A stretch of 64,000 nt of DNA. Origin: Chloroflexota bacterium (lineage in GTDB: Bacteria > Chloroflexota > Anaerolineae > JAAEKA01). The stretch is taken from the NCBI GenBank assembly GCA_034717495.1, contig JAYELL010000031.1:19669-83668 (forward strand), read 5' to 3'. Below, in pieces: positions 27,689 through 37,551 of the stretch (its first letter is position 1; the number at the start of each line of letters is the position of its first letter). Made by a program: the position numbers and the translations under genes. Under the pieces are notes generated by a model. That model made no database searches and was not told the origin of the DNA. It worked only from the letters and a program-made list of their open reading frames with translations.

Positions 27689-28717
27689 ATGGATTGGGTA
27701 GAACTTCTCCTCATCCCGGCGGTCAAGAGCCTGGTATTAATCGTGGTTTTGCTCCTTGGCTTCGCTTATATGACTTATTACGAGCGGAAATTTCTGGCCC
27801 GGCTGACCACCCGCGTCGGGCCCAATCGGGCTGGTCCGAAAGGACTGCTTCAGCCGATTGCCGATGCATTGAAGGCCATCTTCAAGGAGGAGTTCGTTCC
27901 GGGGCATGTGGACAAGTGGGTGTACATCGTGGCACCCGCGCTGGCGCTCATTCCTGCGCTGGTGGCCTTTGCCGTGATTCCCATCGGGCCTGATATCACC
28001 ATCTTCGGGCACACGATCTCCCTTTATATCGCGGATGTCAACATCGGTTTTCTTTATATTTTGGCTATTGCCAGCGTGGGCACCTACGGCGTGATTCTAG
28101 CGGGTTGGAGCAGCAACAACAACTACTCCATTCTGGGCGCGCTGCGAACGGCTGCCCAGATGGTCAGCTACGAGCTACCTATGGGGATTATCCTCGTAAG
28201 TATCGTATTGCTTACCAGCCTGTCCACGGGGGTTGGCAGTCTCAGCCTGGTCGAACTGGTTGAGGTTGTCACGCCCGATCGTTCCATCTTGCACTGGCTT
28301 TGGCTGTGGGTTGCCTTTCCCATTTTCTTCATCTGTATGCTGGCAGAAACCAGCCGCAGTCCCTTCGATCTTCCGGAGACGGAAAACGAGCTGGTTGCCG
28401 GTTTCCAGACCGAGTATGGCGGCATCAAATTCGCGCTCTTTTTCATGGCAGAATATATCCATGTGATCACTGCCTCTGCCATCATGGTCACCGTCTTCTT
28501 TGGTGGTTGGCAGGGGCCCTTTGTGGACACACTGCCGATCCTGGGTGTTTTCTGGTTTGTAGCGAAGGTCATTCTCGTTTTGGGCCTCTTTATCTGGGTT
28601 AGGGCCAGCGTGCCCCGGGTGCGCTACGATCAGCTGATGAGTTTCTGCTGGAAATTTCTTTTCCCGATCTCTCTGGTGTACCTGGCGATTACCGCGGTCT
28701 TCGTGGCCCTGACGTAG
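27689..28717 (+). CDS. nuoH: NADH-quinone oxidoreductase subunit H
   Basis: Polytopic membrane protein with YERKFLARLTTRVGPNRAGPKGLLQPIADALK and the PFDLPETENELVAGF signature. ATG 27689 or GTG 27683, the latter overlapping the nuoG stop. Confidence 0.92.
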   Translation: MDWVELLLIPAVKSLVLIVVLLLGFAYMTYYERKFLARLTTRVGPNRAGPKGLLQPIADALKAIFKEEFVPGHVDKWVYIVAPALALIPALVAFAVIPIGPDITIFGHTISLYIADVNIGFLYILAIASVGTYGVILAGWSSNNNYSILGALRTAAQMVSYELPMGIILVSIVLLTSLSTGVGSLSLVELVEVVTPDRSILHWLWLWVAFPIFFICMLAETSRSPFDLPETENELVAGFQTEYGGIKFALFFMAEYIHVITASAIMVTVFFGGWQGPFVDTLPILGVFWFVAKVILVLGLFIWVRASVPRVRYDQLMSFCWKFLFPISLVYLAITAVFVALT

Positions 28718-28760
28718 GCAACGGTCTGAGTAGTGAACGAATCGTTTTCACTGTGGAGTG

Positions 28761-29240
28761 ATGATGTCTGGACTTGGTGATGTTGTAAAAGGTGCAGCCC
28801 AAATCGCGCAGGCCATGGGTGTTACGCTGAAATATGCAACCAGGCGGCCCGTGACTCTCGAATATCCTGAAGAGCCGATGGCGGTGTTCCCGCGCTATCG
28901 AGGCCAACACATGTTGCGCCGCTATGACAACGGTCTGGAACGCTGTATCGGTTGTTGTCTCTGTGAAGCTGCCTGTCCAACGGGCGCCATTCTGGTAGAA
29001 GCCGCCGAAAATGATCCCGGGAACCCGCGATCGCCCGGTGAACGTTACGCCAAAACCTACGAAGTTAACCTGTTGCGCTGTGTATTCTGTGGTGACTGCG
29101 AGATAGCCTGTCCGACCGAGGCCATCGTTCTCACTCAGTCGGTGCCGATGCCACAGCGAAACCGGGCAAACTTCATATTGACCCAGGATGTGCTCCTTGA
29201 ACCCAAGGATGCGAACCTGGTTATCCGTCCTGATTCGTGA
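28761..29240 (+). CDS. nuoI: NADH-quinone oxidoreductase subunit I
   Basis: Two ferredoxin-type motifs, CIGCCLCEAACP and CVFCGDCEIACP. Confidence 0.92.
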   Translation: MMSGLGDVVKGAAQIAQAMGVTLKYATRRPVTLEYPEEPMAVFPRYRGQHMLRRYDNGLERCIGCCLCEAACPTGAILVEAAENDPGNPRSPGERYAKTYEVNLLRCVFCGDCEIACPTEAIVLTQSVPMPQRNRANFILTQDVLLEPKDANLVIRPDS

Positions 29241-29285
29241 TGCCACAATGTCATGATGACTTGCTGACATAATCTGGAACCGACC

Positions 29286-29792
29286 ATGGAATTGCTCTTT
29301 TTCATAGCGTTAGGATTTCTCGCCCTCGTCGGTGCGATCGGCGTGGTAGTAAGCCGAAATGCGGTCTACAGCGCGCTGGCGTTGCTGCTCAATTTTGCCG
29401 TGTTGGCAGTGATGTATTTCATGCTGAACGCGCAGTTTCTGGGCGTGGTGCAGGTGATCGTATACACCGGCGCCATCGTCGTTCTTTTCCTGTTCGTTAT
29501 CATGTTGATTGGCGGCCAGCTTGCTCCTGGGTCCACCCTTGCCAGCGGACGCCGCCAGACCCGGGTTGCGGCCCTGATTCTGTCTGTCTTGATGGCAGTC
29601 GGACTGTCGATCGTTGTCGTGTTGGGTGCGCTGGCGCCGACGACTGGCATTGTGCCCGATTTTGGCAGCGTACAGGCCATCGGACAGGTGTTGTTCACCG
29701 AGTATCTCTTGCCCTTCGAACTGGCGTCGGTACTTCTCCTGGTTGCCATGATCGGCGCCGTTGTGCTGGCCCGACGACCAAAGAAACTTTGA
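29286..29792 (+). CDS. nuoJ: NADH-quinone oxidoreductase subunit J
   Basis: 168-aa hydrophobic protein in the conserved operon position. VVQVIVYTGAIVVLFLFVIML motif. Confidence 0.88.
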   Translation: MELLFFIALGFLALVGAIGVVVSRNAVYSALALLLNFAVLAVMYFMLNAQFLGVVQVIVYTGAIVVLFLFVIMLIGGQLAPGSTLASGRRQTRVAALILSVLMAVGLSIVVVLGALAPTTGIVPDFGSVQAIGQVLFTEYLLPFELASVLLLVAMIGAVVLARRPKKL

Positions 29793-29804
29793 AATGTCTG
29801 AATA

Positions 29805-30113
29805 ATGGACACCATACCTACCAACTATTATCTGATACTCTCAGCCATCATCTTCGTCATCGGAGCTCTCGGGGTACTGGTACGCCGTAATGCCCTGATC
29901 ATTTTCATGTGTGTGGAGATGATGCTCAACGCGGTGAACCTGACCTTTATCGCCCTGGCCCGGCAGTTTGGCCAACTGGACGGCCAGATATTCGTGTTTA
30001 TGGTTATGGCAGTAGCGGCCGCCGAAGTGGCTGTTGGTCTGGCGATCGTCATGGCCATGGTGTGGCACCGCGACACGACTAACGTCGACGAGATTGATCT
30101 GCTGAAGGGTTAG
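29805..30113 (+). CDS. nuoK: NADH-quinone oxidoreductase subunit K
   Basis: 102 aa, three TM helices. [11 protein letters not shown] and [11 protein letters not shown] motifs. Confidence 0.9.
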   Translation: MDTIPTNYYLILSAIIFVIGALGVLVRRNALIIFMCVEMMLNAVNLTFIALARQFGQLDGQIFVFMVMAVAAAEVAVGLAIVMAMVWHRDTTNVDEIDLLKG

Positions 30114-30150
30114 CGTCAAATCGAAGATTCACGCACTTTCTGAAACTCAC

Positions 30151-32088
30151 ATGCTCAACTTTGCCTGGCTAATTTTCATCCCACCTCTGGTAGCTCTACT
30201 GATCAACGCGTTTTTCGGGCGACGTCTCGGAAAACCGGGGGCCGGTTATCTGGGCGCGCTGGCTGTCGGGCTCTCCTTCCTGGTGGCTGTCGGCATTTTT
30301 GTCGGTTTGCTTGCCCTGCCGCCCGATGACCGCAGCGTACAGGTTTTTCTCTGGCAGTGGATAACCATCGGCACCTTTTCTCCCGATTTCGCATTGCTGA
30401 TCGATCCCCTTTCGGTGATCATGATCCTGGTTGTCACCGGGGTCGGTTTTTTGATCCACATCTACTCCATCGAATACATGAAGGTCGATGATGAACACCG
30501 GCCTCTGGACGAAGGCCGCTATGCCCGCTACTTCGTCTTTGTAAATTTCTTTATTGTCGCCATGCTCTTTCTGGTGCTTGCCAACAATTTCCTGCTTCTG
30601 TACCTGGGCTGGGAGGGTGTTGGTCTGGCAAGTTTCCTGCTGATCGGCTTCTGGTTCCACAAGCCTTCCGCCCGTGACGCAGGCAAAAAGGCCTTTCTGG
30701 TCAACCGGGTGGGCGATTTCGGCATGGCCCTGGCCATCATGATGATTTTTAAATACATGGGCGATGTGGCAGGCAGCCTGGCCTTCGACGACATTTTCGC
30801 GGCCCTCGAGCAGAATCCTGCCCTGTTGGCGGGCGTTGCTGGTATCATCACGATGCTGCTGCTTCTGGCGGCAACCGGCAAATCAGCCCAGATCCCTCTG
30901 TGGGTCTGGTTGCCCGATGCCATGGAGGGACCCACGCCGGTCAGCGCCCTGATCCACGCTGCAACCATGGTGACCGCGGGCGTCTACATGATCGTTCGCG
31001 TCAGCCCCATTTTCGAGCTGGCGGGCAACACGTTGACCGTGGTTGCCTGGATAGGCGTCCTGACGGCGTTGATGGGAGCCACCATTGCTCTGACCAAGAC
31101 CGATCTGAAAAGAATCCTTGCTTACTCCACCATCTCCCAGTTGGGCTTCATGTTCCTGGCTGTGGGCTCAAGCGCCTACGCCGCGGGCATTTTTCACCTG
31201 ACCACCCATGCTTTTTTCAAGGCGCTGCTTTTCCTCGGCGCCGGGTGCGTGATGCACGCGTTGCACGGGGAACTGGACATCAACAAGATGGGTGGGCTGA
31301 AGGATAAGATGCCAAAAACCTACTGGACCTTCCTCATCGGTGCAGCGGCTCTGGCAGGATTTCCACTGCTGGCGGGCTTCTGGAGCAAGGATGGTGTCCT
31401 GTTTGGGGCCTTCGAGGATGGAGACTATTTGCTCTATGCCATTGGTTTATTCACGGCGTTTTTGACCGCGGTATACGCCTTCAAGATGGTTTTCGTCTCC
31501 TTCTGGGGAAAACCACGGGATAAAAAGCTGTACGATCACGCCCACGACGCGCCCGGCTTGATGACCTGGCCCTTGATCATCCTGGCGGCATTGAGCATCT
31601 TTGCCGGCTTGATCAATATTCCTATCCTGTTACCGGCCCTGGATGGCTGGATGGAGCCAGTGGTGCATGGTGACGAACACCACGTTTCCGTGACTCTGGA
31701 AGTGGGCCTGCTTGTGCTATCGGCCGCCGTTTCGCTGGCGGGAATCTTCCTTGCCTACTGGTTGTATGTCAGGCGGGCAGATACCGGTGAAAGCGTTAGC
31801 GAGAAGTTTGGTTTCATCTACACGCTGGCGGACAATGGTTATTATTTCGACCGGGTCTATGACGAGGCAATCCGAAAACCTTTGTGGGCGTTGGGAGGAT
31901 TCCTCTATGCCGGCTTCGATGTGAACGTGATCGACCGGGCAGTTAACGGCGTTGCTGCCGGCTTTGGCTGGCTGGGCTCCGTCACCCAACGCCTGCAGAC
32001 AGGCTTGGTGGGTACCTATGCCCTGACTCTCTTTTTTGGTGCTGTGGTGGTACTGGGATATTTCCTGTTGGTTGCCCTTTTCGGCTAA
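30151..32088 (+). CDS. nuoL: NADH-quinone oxidoreductase subunit L
   Basis: 645-aa antiporter-like subunit (WLPDAMEGPTPVSALIHAATMVTAG). Confidence 0.92.
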   Translation: MLNFAWLIFIPPLVALLINAFFGRRLGKPGAGYLGALAVGLSFLVAVGIFVGLLALPPDDRSVQVFLWQWITIGTFSPDFALLIDPLSVIMILVVTGVGFLIHIYSIEYMKVDDEHRPLDEGRYARYFVFVNFFIVAMLFLVLANNFLLLYLGWEGVGLASFLLIGFWFHKPSARDAGKKAFLVNRVGDFGMALAIMMIFKYMGDVAGSLAFDDIFAALEQNPALLAGVAGIITMLLLLAATGKSAQIPLWVWLPDAMEGPTPVSALIHAATMVTAGVYMIVRVSPIFELAGNTLTVVAWIGVLTALMGATIALTKTDLKRILAYSTISQLGFMFLAVGSSAYAAGIFHLTTHAFFKALLFLGAGCVMHALHGELDINKMGGLKDKMPKTYWTFLIGAAALAGFPLLAGFWSKDGVLFGAFEDGDYLLYAIGLFTAFLTAVYAFKMVFVSFWGKPRDKKLYDHAHDAPGLMTWPLIILAALSIFAGLINIPILLPALDGWMEPVVHGDEHHVSVTLEVGLLVLSAAVSLAGIFLAYWLYVRRADTGESVSEKFGFIYTLADNGYYFDRVYDEAIRKPLWALGGFLYAGFDVNVIDRAVNGVAAGFGWLGSVTQRLQTGLVGTYALTLFFGAVVVLGYFLLVALFG

Positions 32089-32112
32089 ACCGAGCGATTC
32101 AATTGGCTTCAC

Positions 32113-33666
32113 ATGTCAAATCTAACTGATCTTCCAATCCTGTCGATCCTTCTCCTCCTGCCGCTGTTGGGAGGAATCATCTTGCTCTTCATGCCCGGCG
32201 AACGGGGCATGAAAGGCCTGGCCCTGGCTACGACCCTGTTGACTTTCCTGATATCCCTGCTGCTCTTCTTTGGCTGGCAGACGGGAGATCCCGGTTTCCA
32301 ATTTGTTGAAAGCCGTCCCTGGGCGCCATCGATAGGCATCAACTACATCGTGGGCGTCGATGGTCTAAGCCTGCTGTTGGTTCTTCTCACAACCTTTTTG
32401 ATGCCACTGGTGATACTCTTCTCCTGGGACTCGGTCAAAGACAATGTAAAGACCTATCTGTTCCTCATGCTCATCCTTGAGACCGCCATGCTGGGGGTTT
32501 TTGTAGCGCTCGATCTGATTCTCTTTTTCGTCTTTTTTGAGGCCAGTCTGATCCCCATGTATTTTCTGATCGGTCGTTGGGGCGGACCTCGACGGGTCTA
32601 CGCGGCAATGAAGTTTTTCATCTTCACCGCTTTCGGCAGCGCCCTGTTGCTTGCCGGCATTTTGGTCCTGGGCTACGTTGGCTATCAGGAGACAGGTGTG
32701 CTGACCTTCAGTTTGCCTGCGCTGTACGAGATAGGTGTGCCGGTCGGCATACAGACCTGGTTGTTTTTTGCTTTCTGTATCGCCTTTGCAATCAAGGTAC
32801 CTCTCTTTCCCTTCCATACCTGGCTGCCTGATGCCCACGTTGAAGCACCAACGGCCGGCTCGGTCATCCTGGCGGGCGTATTGCTGAAAATGGGCACCTA
32901 TGGCCTGGTTCGCTTCTCGCTGCCCCTCTTCCCCGAAGCCAGCCAACGATTCGCACCACTTTTCATCGTGCTGGCCATCATCGGCATTCTCTACGGCGCC
33001 CTGATGGCGTTGGTGCAGAAGGATGTAAAGAGCCTGGTGGCCTATTCATCCGTGGCGCACCTGGGATTTGTCGTCCTGGGGATATTCAGTCTTCAATACC
33101 AGGGCGTGTCGGGCTCTGTATTGCAGATGGCTAATCATGGGCTGAGTACGGGCGCATTGTTTTTGCTGGTCGGGTTCCTCTACGAGCGTCGCCATACCAG
33201 AATGCTCGACGACTTTGGTGGCCTTTGGAAGATAATGCCCGTTTTCGCGGCCCTTACCCTGCTCACTGTCCTGTCCAGCGCCGGATTGCCTGGCCTGAAC
33301 GGCTTCGTCGGCGAGTTCACGATTCTGACGGGCGCCATGCTTTCCAACGTTATCTACGCGGTCCTGGGTACGCTGGGAATCATCCTGGCGGCCTGGTACC
33401 TGCTTTGGGCGTTCACTAAGATCTTCCAGGGGCCGCTCAACAATCCAGCCAACGCGGTGCTGAAGGATCTCAACCGCCGCGAGATATTGATCATGGTTCC
33501 CCTGGTAATCATGTTTTTCGTCATCGGCCTCTTTCCCAACCTTTTCCTTGAGAAGATCAATCCTTCGGTGGAAGGCCTGCTGAGCCGCGTGGATGGACAG
33601 GCGTTGGTTCAGGAGATGGACGCCGGACCGCAGGAGAATGGCGGGATAGAACTGGTCAACCGGTAG
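32113..33666 (+). CDS. nuoM: NADH-quinone oxidoreductase subunit M
   Basis: 517-aa antiporter-like subunit (FHTWLPDAHVEAPTAGSVILAGVLLKMG). Confidence 0.92.
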   Translation: MSNLTDLPILSILLLLPLLGGIILLFMPGERGMKGLALATTLLTFLISLLLFFGWQTGDPGFQFVESRPWAPSIGINYIVGVDGLSLLLVLLTTFLMPLVILFSWDSVKDNVKTYLFLMLILETAMLGVFVALDLILFFVFFEASLIPMYFLIGRWGGPRRVYAAMKFFIFTAFGSALLLAGILVLGYVGYQETGVLTFSLPALYEIGVPVGIQTWLFFAFCIAFAIKVPLFPFHTWLPDAHVEAPTAGSVILAGVLLKMGTYGLVRFSLPLFPEASQRFAPLFIVLAIIGILYGALMALVQKDVKSLVAYSSVAHLGFVVLGIFSLQYQGVSGSVLQMANHGLSTGALFLLVGFLYERRHTRMLDDFGGLWKIMPVFAALTLLTVLSSAGLPGLNGFVGEFTILTGAMLSNVIYAVLGTLGIILAAWYLLWAFTKIFQGPLNNPANAVLKDLNRREILIMVPLVIMFFVIGLFPNLFLEKINPSVEGLLSRVDGQALVQEMDAGPQENGGIELVNR

Positions 33667-33707
33667 ACACCAGACATGTCGACTATGTATCACCACGAGA
33701 TGGCGTT

Positions 33708-35234
33708 ATGACGCTTCCGAACCTGAATTTCATAGCAATTCTTCCCCAGACCATTGTCATCGTGATGGCATTATTGGTGCTTTTGCTCGACGCCATAGAC
33801 CGCAAAGGTTCATGGAGCCGGCCCTTGCTTCCCTGGCTGGCTCTGATCGCTATCGTGGCAGCCGGCGCAACCTCAGTTTGGCTGGCGCTGCCGGCTAACC
33901 AGCCTCAAGTCTTCCAGGATATGGCGGTGGCCGATGGCTTCGCCATGATGTTCAACCTGGTGATCCTGATCGCTGCCGGGTTTGGGGTTGCTCTTGCTTA
34001 TGCCACTATTCCCAAGATAAGCGACCAGGTGGGTGCCTACTACGCCCTGCTCTTGCTGGCATTGGCCGGCATGATGACCATGGGGTCGGGCATCGATTTG
34101 ATCGTGATCTTCCTGGCGCTGGAGATATTCTCGTTGGCGCTCTACATCCTGGTGGGCTTCAACCGGGAGGAACCACGCAGCGCGGAGGCGTCGCTGAAGT
34201 ATTTCCTGCTGGGCGCGTTTGCCTCCGGCTTCTTTCTCTACGGGGTGGCATTGCTCTATGGGGCTACTGCCAGCACCAACCTGGTTGAGATCGCAACGGC
34301 ATTGGCCAGCGACAGTAGCCTCAACGCATTCTACCTTTACGCCGGAACAGCTATGTTGATCGTAGGCTTCGGTTTCAAGATCGCCATGGTGCCCTTCCAT
34401 TCCTGGACGCCCGACGCCTATCAGGGCGCACCCACGCCGGTGACCGGTTTCATGTCGGTGGCTACCAAGGCTGCCGCATTTGCAGCATTTGTGCGGGTAT
34501 TCCTGTGGGCGTTGCCGTCGGCCCAGTACGTTTGGGGTTATGCCCTGGCGGGCCTGGCCATAGCGACCATGACCCTCGGTAATCTGGCCGCACTGCGACA
34601 GACCAGTCTGAAGCGCATGTTGGCTTATTCCGGCATTGCCCATGCCGGTTATGCCATGGTTGGCCTGGTGGCGGGAACAAGCCAGGGTGTTTCGGCGGTT
34701 CTCTTCTACCTCTTTGTGTACGCCTTCATGAACCTGGGTGCCTTCGCGGTTGTGCTCGCCATGGAACACCTGGGCGACAACGATGTAACACGCGAGCAGT
34801 TGGCCGGCCTGTCGGACCGGCAACCTCTGCTGGCGGCTGCCATGGCGGTCTTCATGTTCGCTTTGGCCGGTATTCCCCCGTTGGCTGGCTTCTTTGCCAA
34901 GCTCTATGTGTTTGGCGCGGCGGTAGAGGCCGGATGGATCTGGCTGGTGGTGATTGGCGTATTGAACAGTGTGCTGTCCGCTTACTATTACCTGCGGGTG
35001 ACGGCGGAGATGTACTTCCGGCGCGTGCCCGATGAAGGTCTGGCACGCAGGTCGGGCAACATGCCACTGGCGGGGGCGGACGCATCGGCTGAGAGTACCT
35101 TGCTGGCTGGATCTTCGCTTGCGGTTTCGGCGGTCGTTTTCATCGCTGCTGTCGGTACCGTGTTGATTGGAATCTACCCCTACCCCTGGGCGACCTGGTT
35201 CAACGAGGCGGCACGAGCCATGTTCGGTGGCTAA
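33708..35234 (+). CDS. nuoN: NADH-quinone oxidoreductase subunit N
   Basis: 508-aa antiporter-like subunit (PFHSWTPDAYQGAPTPVTGFMS), the last gene of the operon. Confidence 0.92.
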   Translation: MTLPNLNFIAILPQTIVIVMALLVLLLDAIDRKGSWSRPLLPWLALIAIVAAGATSVWLALPANQPQVFQDMAVADGFAMMFNLVILIAAGFGVALAYATIPKISDQVGAYYALLLLALAGMMTMGSGIDLIVIFLALEIFSLALYILVGFNREEPRSAEASLKYFLLGAFASGFFLYGVALLYGATASTNLVEIATALASDSSLNAFYLYAGTAMLIVGFGFKIAMVPFHSWTPDAYQGAPTPVTGFMSVATKAAAFAAFVRVFLWALPSAQYVWGYALAGLAIATMTLGNLAALRQTSLKRMLAYSGIAHAGYAMVGLVAGTSQGVSAVLFYLFVYAFMNLGAFAVVLAMEHLGDNDVTREQLAGLSDRQPLLAAAMAVFMFALAGIPPLAGFFAKLYVFGAAVEAGWIWLVVIGVLNSVLSAYYYLRVTAEMYFRRVPDEGLARRSGNMPLAGADASAESTLLAGSSLAVSAVVFIAAVGTVLIGIYPYPWATWFNEAARAMFGG

Positions 35235-35410
35235 CAACCTGCCGGTACCGGCTCCCCAAAGTCCATTTCTATCCTCTGCCTGATCTGCCCCCACGATCAT
35301 TTGCCCATCCAGTTCCGTAAACTTGATATCGTAGCGTCACCAGGACGAAGCTGGCAACAGACCGCCGGCGAATCGAATGGGGAACATGAACCATTCACCG
35401 AAACAGAGAA

Positions 35411-35442
35411 GGCGGGCGTGTGGTTATGCCACACACCCGCCC
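35411..35442 (-). terminator. Hairpin terminator between convergent nuoN and the PDZ gene
   Basis: GGCGGGCGTGTGG-TTAT-GCCACACACCCGCC, a 13-bp stem with one mismatch. On the minus strand it is followed by TTCTCTGTTTCGG. Confidence 0.5.
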
Positions 35443-35489
35443 AGGTTCATCAAGTCAGGTTAACCCGTTGCTGGCATAGCCAGACCCGG

Positions 35490-36926
35490 TCAAATCGACT
35501 GGGCCTCCGGGTTTTTATCAGGCGTCGGAATCGGCAATTTATCCAGATCGAAGGGAAGCGCATCAAGATCAAAGGGCAACTCATCCAGGTCGAAGGGAAG
35601 TTGGTCCAGATCAAAGGGCATGTGGAAGCGGAAACCCCTCATGTGGTGGCCATCGTGGGGCATATTTTCGAAGTTGAAGGGCATGCCAAAGGGCAGCATG
35701 TGGTGGCCATCGTGGGGCATGTCCTCGAAGTTGAAGGGCATGCCAAAGGGCAGCATGTGGCGGCCATCGTGGGGCATGTCCTCGAAGTTGAGTCGTTTCA
35801 TAGCGAAACCACTCAAGGCAACCCCGAGAAATGCCTTTTCTTCCTCCTCGGGATGTGCGCCCAGAACAGCTTCCAGGGTCAACGGATCTTCTTCACCCTG
35901 GCGCACGACCGTCAGTTCGACGCTGTCGCCCGGCTCCATGCCTGCGATCGTCTCGATTATTGCATCGGGGCCGCTGACCGGTTCGCCATCGATCTCGGTG
36001 ATGACATCGGCCGACTGAAGACCAGCCAGAGCAGCCGCGCTCTCTGCCAGAACCTCGGTGACTACGGCGCCTTGCGTGAGATCAGCTTCGGGGAAATCAA
36101 AGTCAAGGTCTGGCAGGAAGGGTTGGCGTTGGGGGGATGGTCCCTCGAAACTGTCGGGATCGAAGGGCATGGCATTTTGCAGGAAACCGGCCATGGGCAT
36201 GGCTGAGTATCGCACGCCGAGAAAAGCCACGCCATCCAACTCCGGGTGTTCGCCGAGCACAACAGTGATTTCTTCGGTGTCACCATCTTCAGTTGCCGCT
36301 GCGATTTCAAGGATGACACTGTCGCCAGGCTCATGGCCGGCAATGATGTCGGCCAGGTCGCTTTCCGGCGTCAAGGCCTCACCATCCAGGGCAATGATGA
36401 TGGCACCGGCTTCCAGGCCTGCCGCTGCCGCAGGGCCATCGGGGACAACTTCGGCCACGAGCGTGCCGGGCTGGAAGAACTGCATCATCTCCACCTCTCC
36501 TTCGGGCATCGCGGGCAGCATTTGTGGCATGGCCTGGCGGAGCGCTGCCGCGCCCCCAAAGGGGGTCAGACCGAGATAGGGCCGGCGGTTCAACTCACCG
36601 AGTTGGACGCCGACAATCTTCACTTTGTCACCGTGAAGGACCGTGACCACCACTTGCTGGCCTTTCTCAAAGGTACCGAGTTTCCTGGAAAGTGCCAACA
36701 TCGAATCGACTTCTTCACCGTCGACCTCGAGGAGAATATCTCCTCGCACGATCCCGGCGACTGCGGCCGGGCCATCGGGATCCACCTGCACGATGACCAA
36801 TCCAGCGTCAGGATTGATTTCCTGCTGAGCAAAACCGACTGGGCTGGCGGCAGCCACTACGGCGCTGCCCAACAATAGTATGGCAACGGCCAACAGGGCG
36901 ATGCCTGTGATAAGCTGTTTCCTCAT
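35490..36926 (-). CDS. Secreted triple-PDZ protein without a protease domain, with a Met/His-rich and LPFDLD repeat tail
   Basis: ATG 36926 with SD AGGAGG. Signal MRKQLITGIALLAVAILLLGSAVVAAAS. Three PDZ-like cores (GLVIVQVDPDGPAAVAGIVRGD, GTLVAEVVPDGPAAAAGLEAGA, GAVVTEVLAESAAALAGLQSAD). No trypsin-like GNSGG motif. Confidence 0.8.
   Translation of the reverse strand: MRKQLITGIALLAVAILLLGSAVVAAASPVGFAQQEINPDAGLVIVQVDPDGPAAVAGIVRGDILLEVDGEEVDSMLALSRKLGTFEKGQQVVVTVLHGDKVKIVGVQLGELNRRPYLGLTPFGGAAALRQAMPQMLPAMPEGEVEMMQFFQPGTLVAEVVPDGPAAAAGLEAGAIIIALDGEALTPESDLADIIAGHEPGDSVILEIAAATEDGDTEEITVVLGEHPELDGVAFLGVRYSAMPMAGFLQNAMPFDPDSFEGPSPQRQPFLPDLDFDFPEADLTQGAVVTEVLAESAAALAGLQSADVITEIDGEPVSGPDAIIETIAGMEPGDSVELTVVRQGEEDPLTLEAVLGAHPEEEEKAFLGVALSGFAMKRLNFEDMPHDGRHMLPFGMPFNFEDMPHDGHHMLPFGMPFNFENMPHDGHHMRGFRFHMPFDLDQLPFDLDELPFDLDALPFDLDKLPIPTPDKNPEAQSI
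35538..35792 (-). repeat. In-frame coding tandem repeats (3 x 57 nt, then 4 x 18 nt)
   Basis: 35622-35792 encodes NFEDMPHDG(R/H)HMLPFGMPF three times. 35538-35621 encodes (M/L)PFDLD(Q/E/A/K) four times. The DNA periodicity is visible directly. Confidence 0.9.
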
Positions 36927-37161
36927 TGATACAAACCTCCTGAATGATGTTACGTACATCGGAAGACCGTTGACCGAGGACCGCCGACCACGGACCACTT
37001 TGTCGCCGCGTCGCTGACCCCGGCTAACCCAGAAAGGGGGCTACGCACAGCCTCGACTCCTATCGCATTCCCGAGAACCGCCGACCGCCGTCTGCCGTCT
37101 TCTGATGTGCGTAACTTTCGTTCCTAAGAAAAAATCGTTCTCTCGCCAAGTGACAGATCCC

Positions 37162-37551
37162 TCAGGCTGTTTTTGGACGCTTGAAAAATAACTGAACATA
37201 ATCGGTCTTGCCATACAGCGGTTTGCCGTTGCCGGCACCGACCAGCTCCCAGCCATCCTCGCCCAGTTGCTCCATATAGTCGTGGACAAGCGGTGCCTGG
37301 GTCCACCCTTTGATCTCGCGTCCATTGATGTAGCGTGGTCGCCAACCCTGGCTATCACAGAAGGAGATCAGCAGGTGCTGCCAGACCGTAACAGGGGTGG
37401 TCTTGCGCTGAGAGGAGGGTTTTTTCTGCGTCTTTTTGCGGCCTTTTTTTTCCGGGGTGGTCGCTGCCTGGGTTGCCGGTTGCGTTGAGGTTTCTGCCGC
37501 GGTGCCTGCCAAAAGCTCACCCAGGAGATCTGGAGTTTCCTTACGTGCCAT
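37162..37551 (-). CDS. Small ParA-partner candidate: basic disordered N-terminus plus DUF4177-like C-terminal domain
   Basis: ATG 37551 overlaps the parA-like stop (37541-37543) by 11 nt. MARKETPDLLGELLAG, then a K/R/T/P-rich segment (KKGRKKTQKKPSSQRK), then W..LLISF...YMEQLGEDGWELVGAGNG...YVQLFFKRP. No HTH/ParB motifs. Confidence 0.65.
   Translation of the reverse strand: MARKETPDLLGELLAGTAAETSTQPATQAATTPEKKGRKKTQKKPSSQRKTTPVTVWQHLLISFCDSQGWRPRYINGREIKGWTQAPLVHDYMEQLGEDGWELVGAGNGKPLYGKTDYVQLFFKRPKTA

Noticed and set aside
33873-35300. 475-aa minus-strand ORF antisense to nuoN.
   Set aside because: Shadow ORF. The nuoN frame has the conserved antiporter-like motifs and operon continuity.
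35301-36206. 301-aa plus-strand ORF with HVVAIVGHVLEVEGHAKGQ repeats.
   Set aside because: It is the mirror image of the Met/His repeat tail of the minus-strand PDZ gene. The PDZ frame has an SD, a signal peptide and PDZ motifs.
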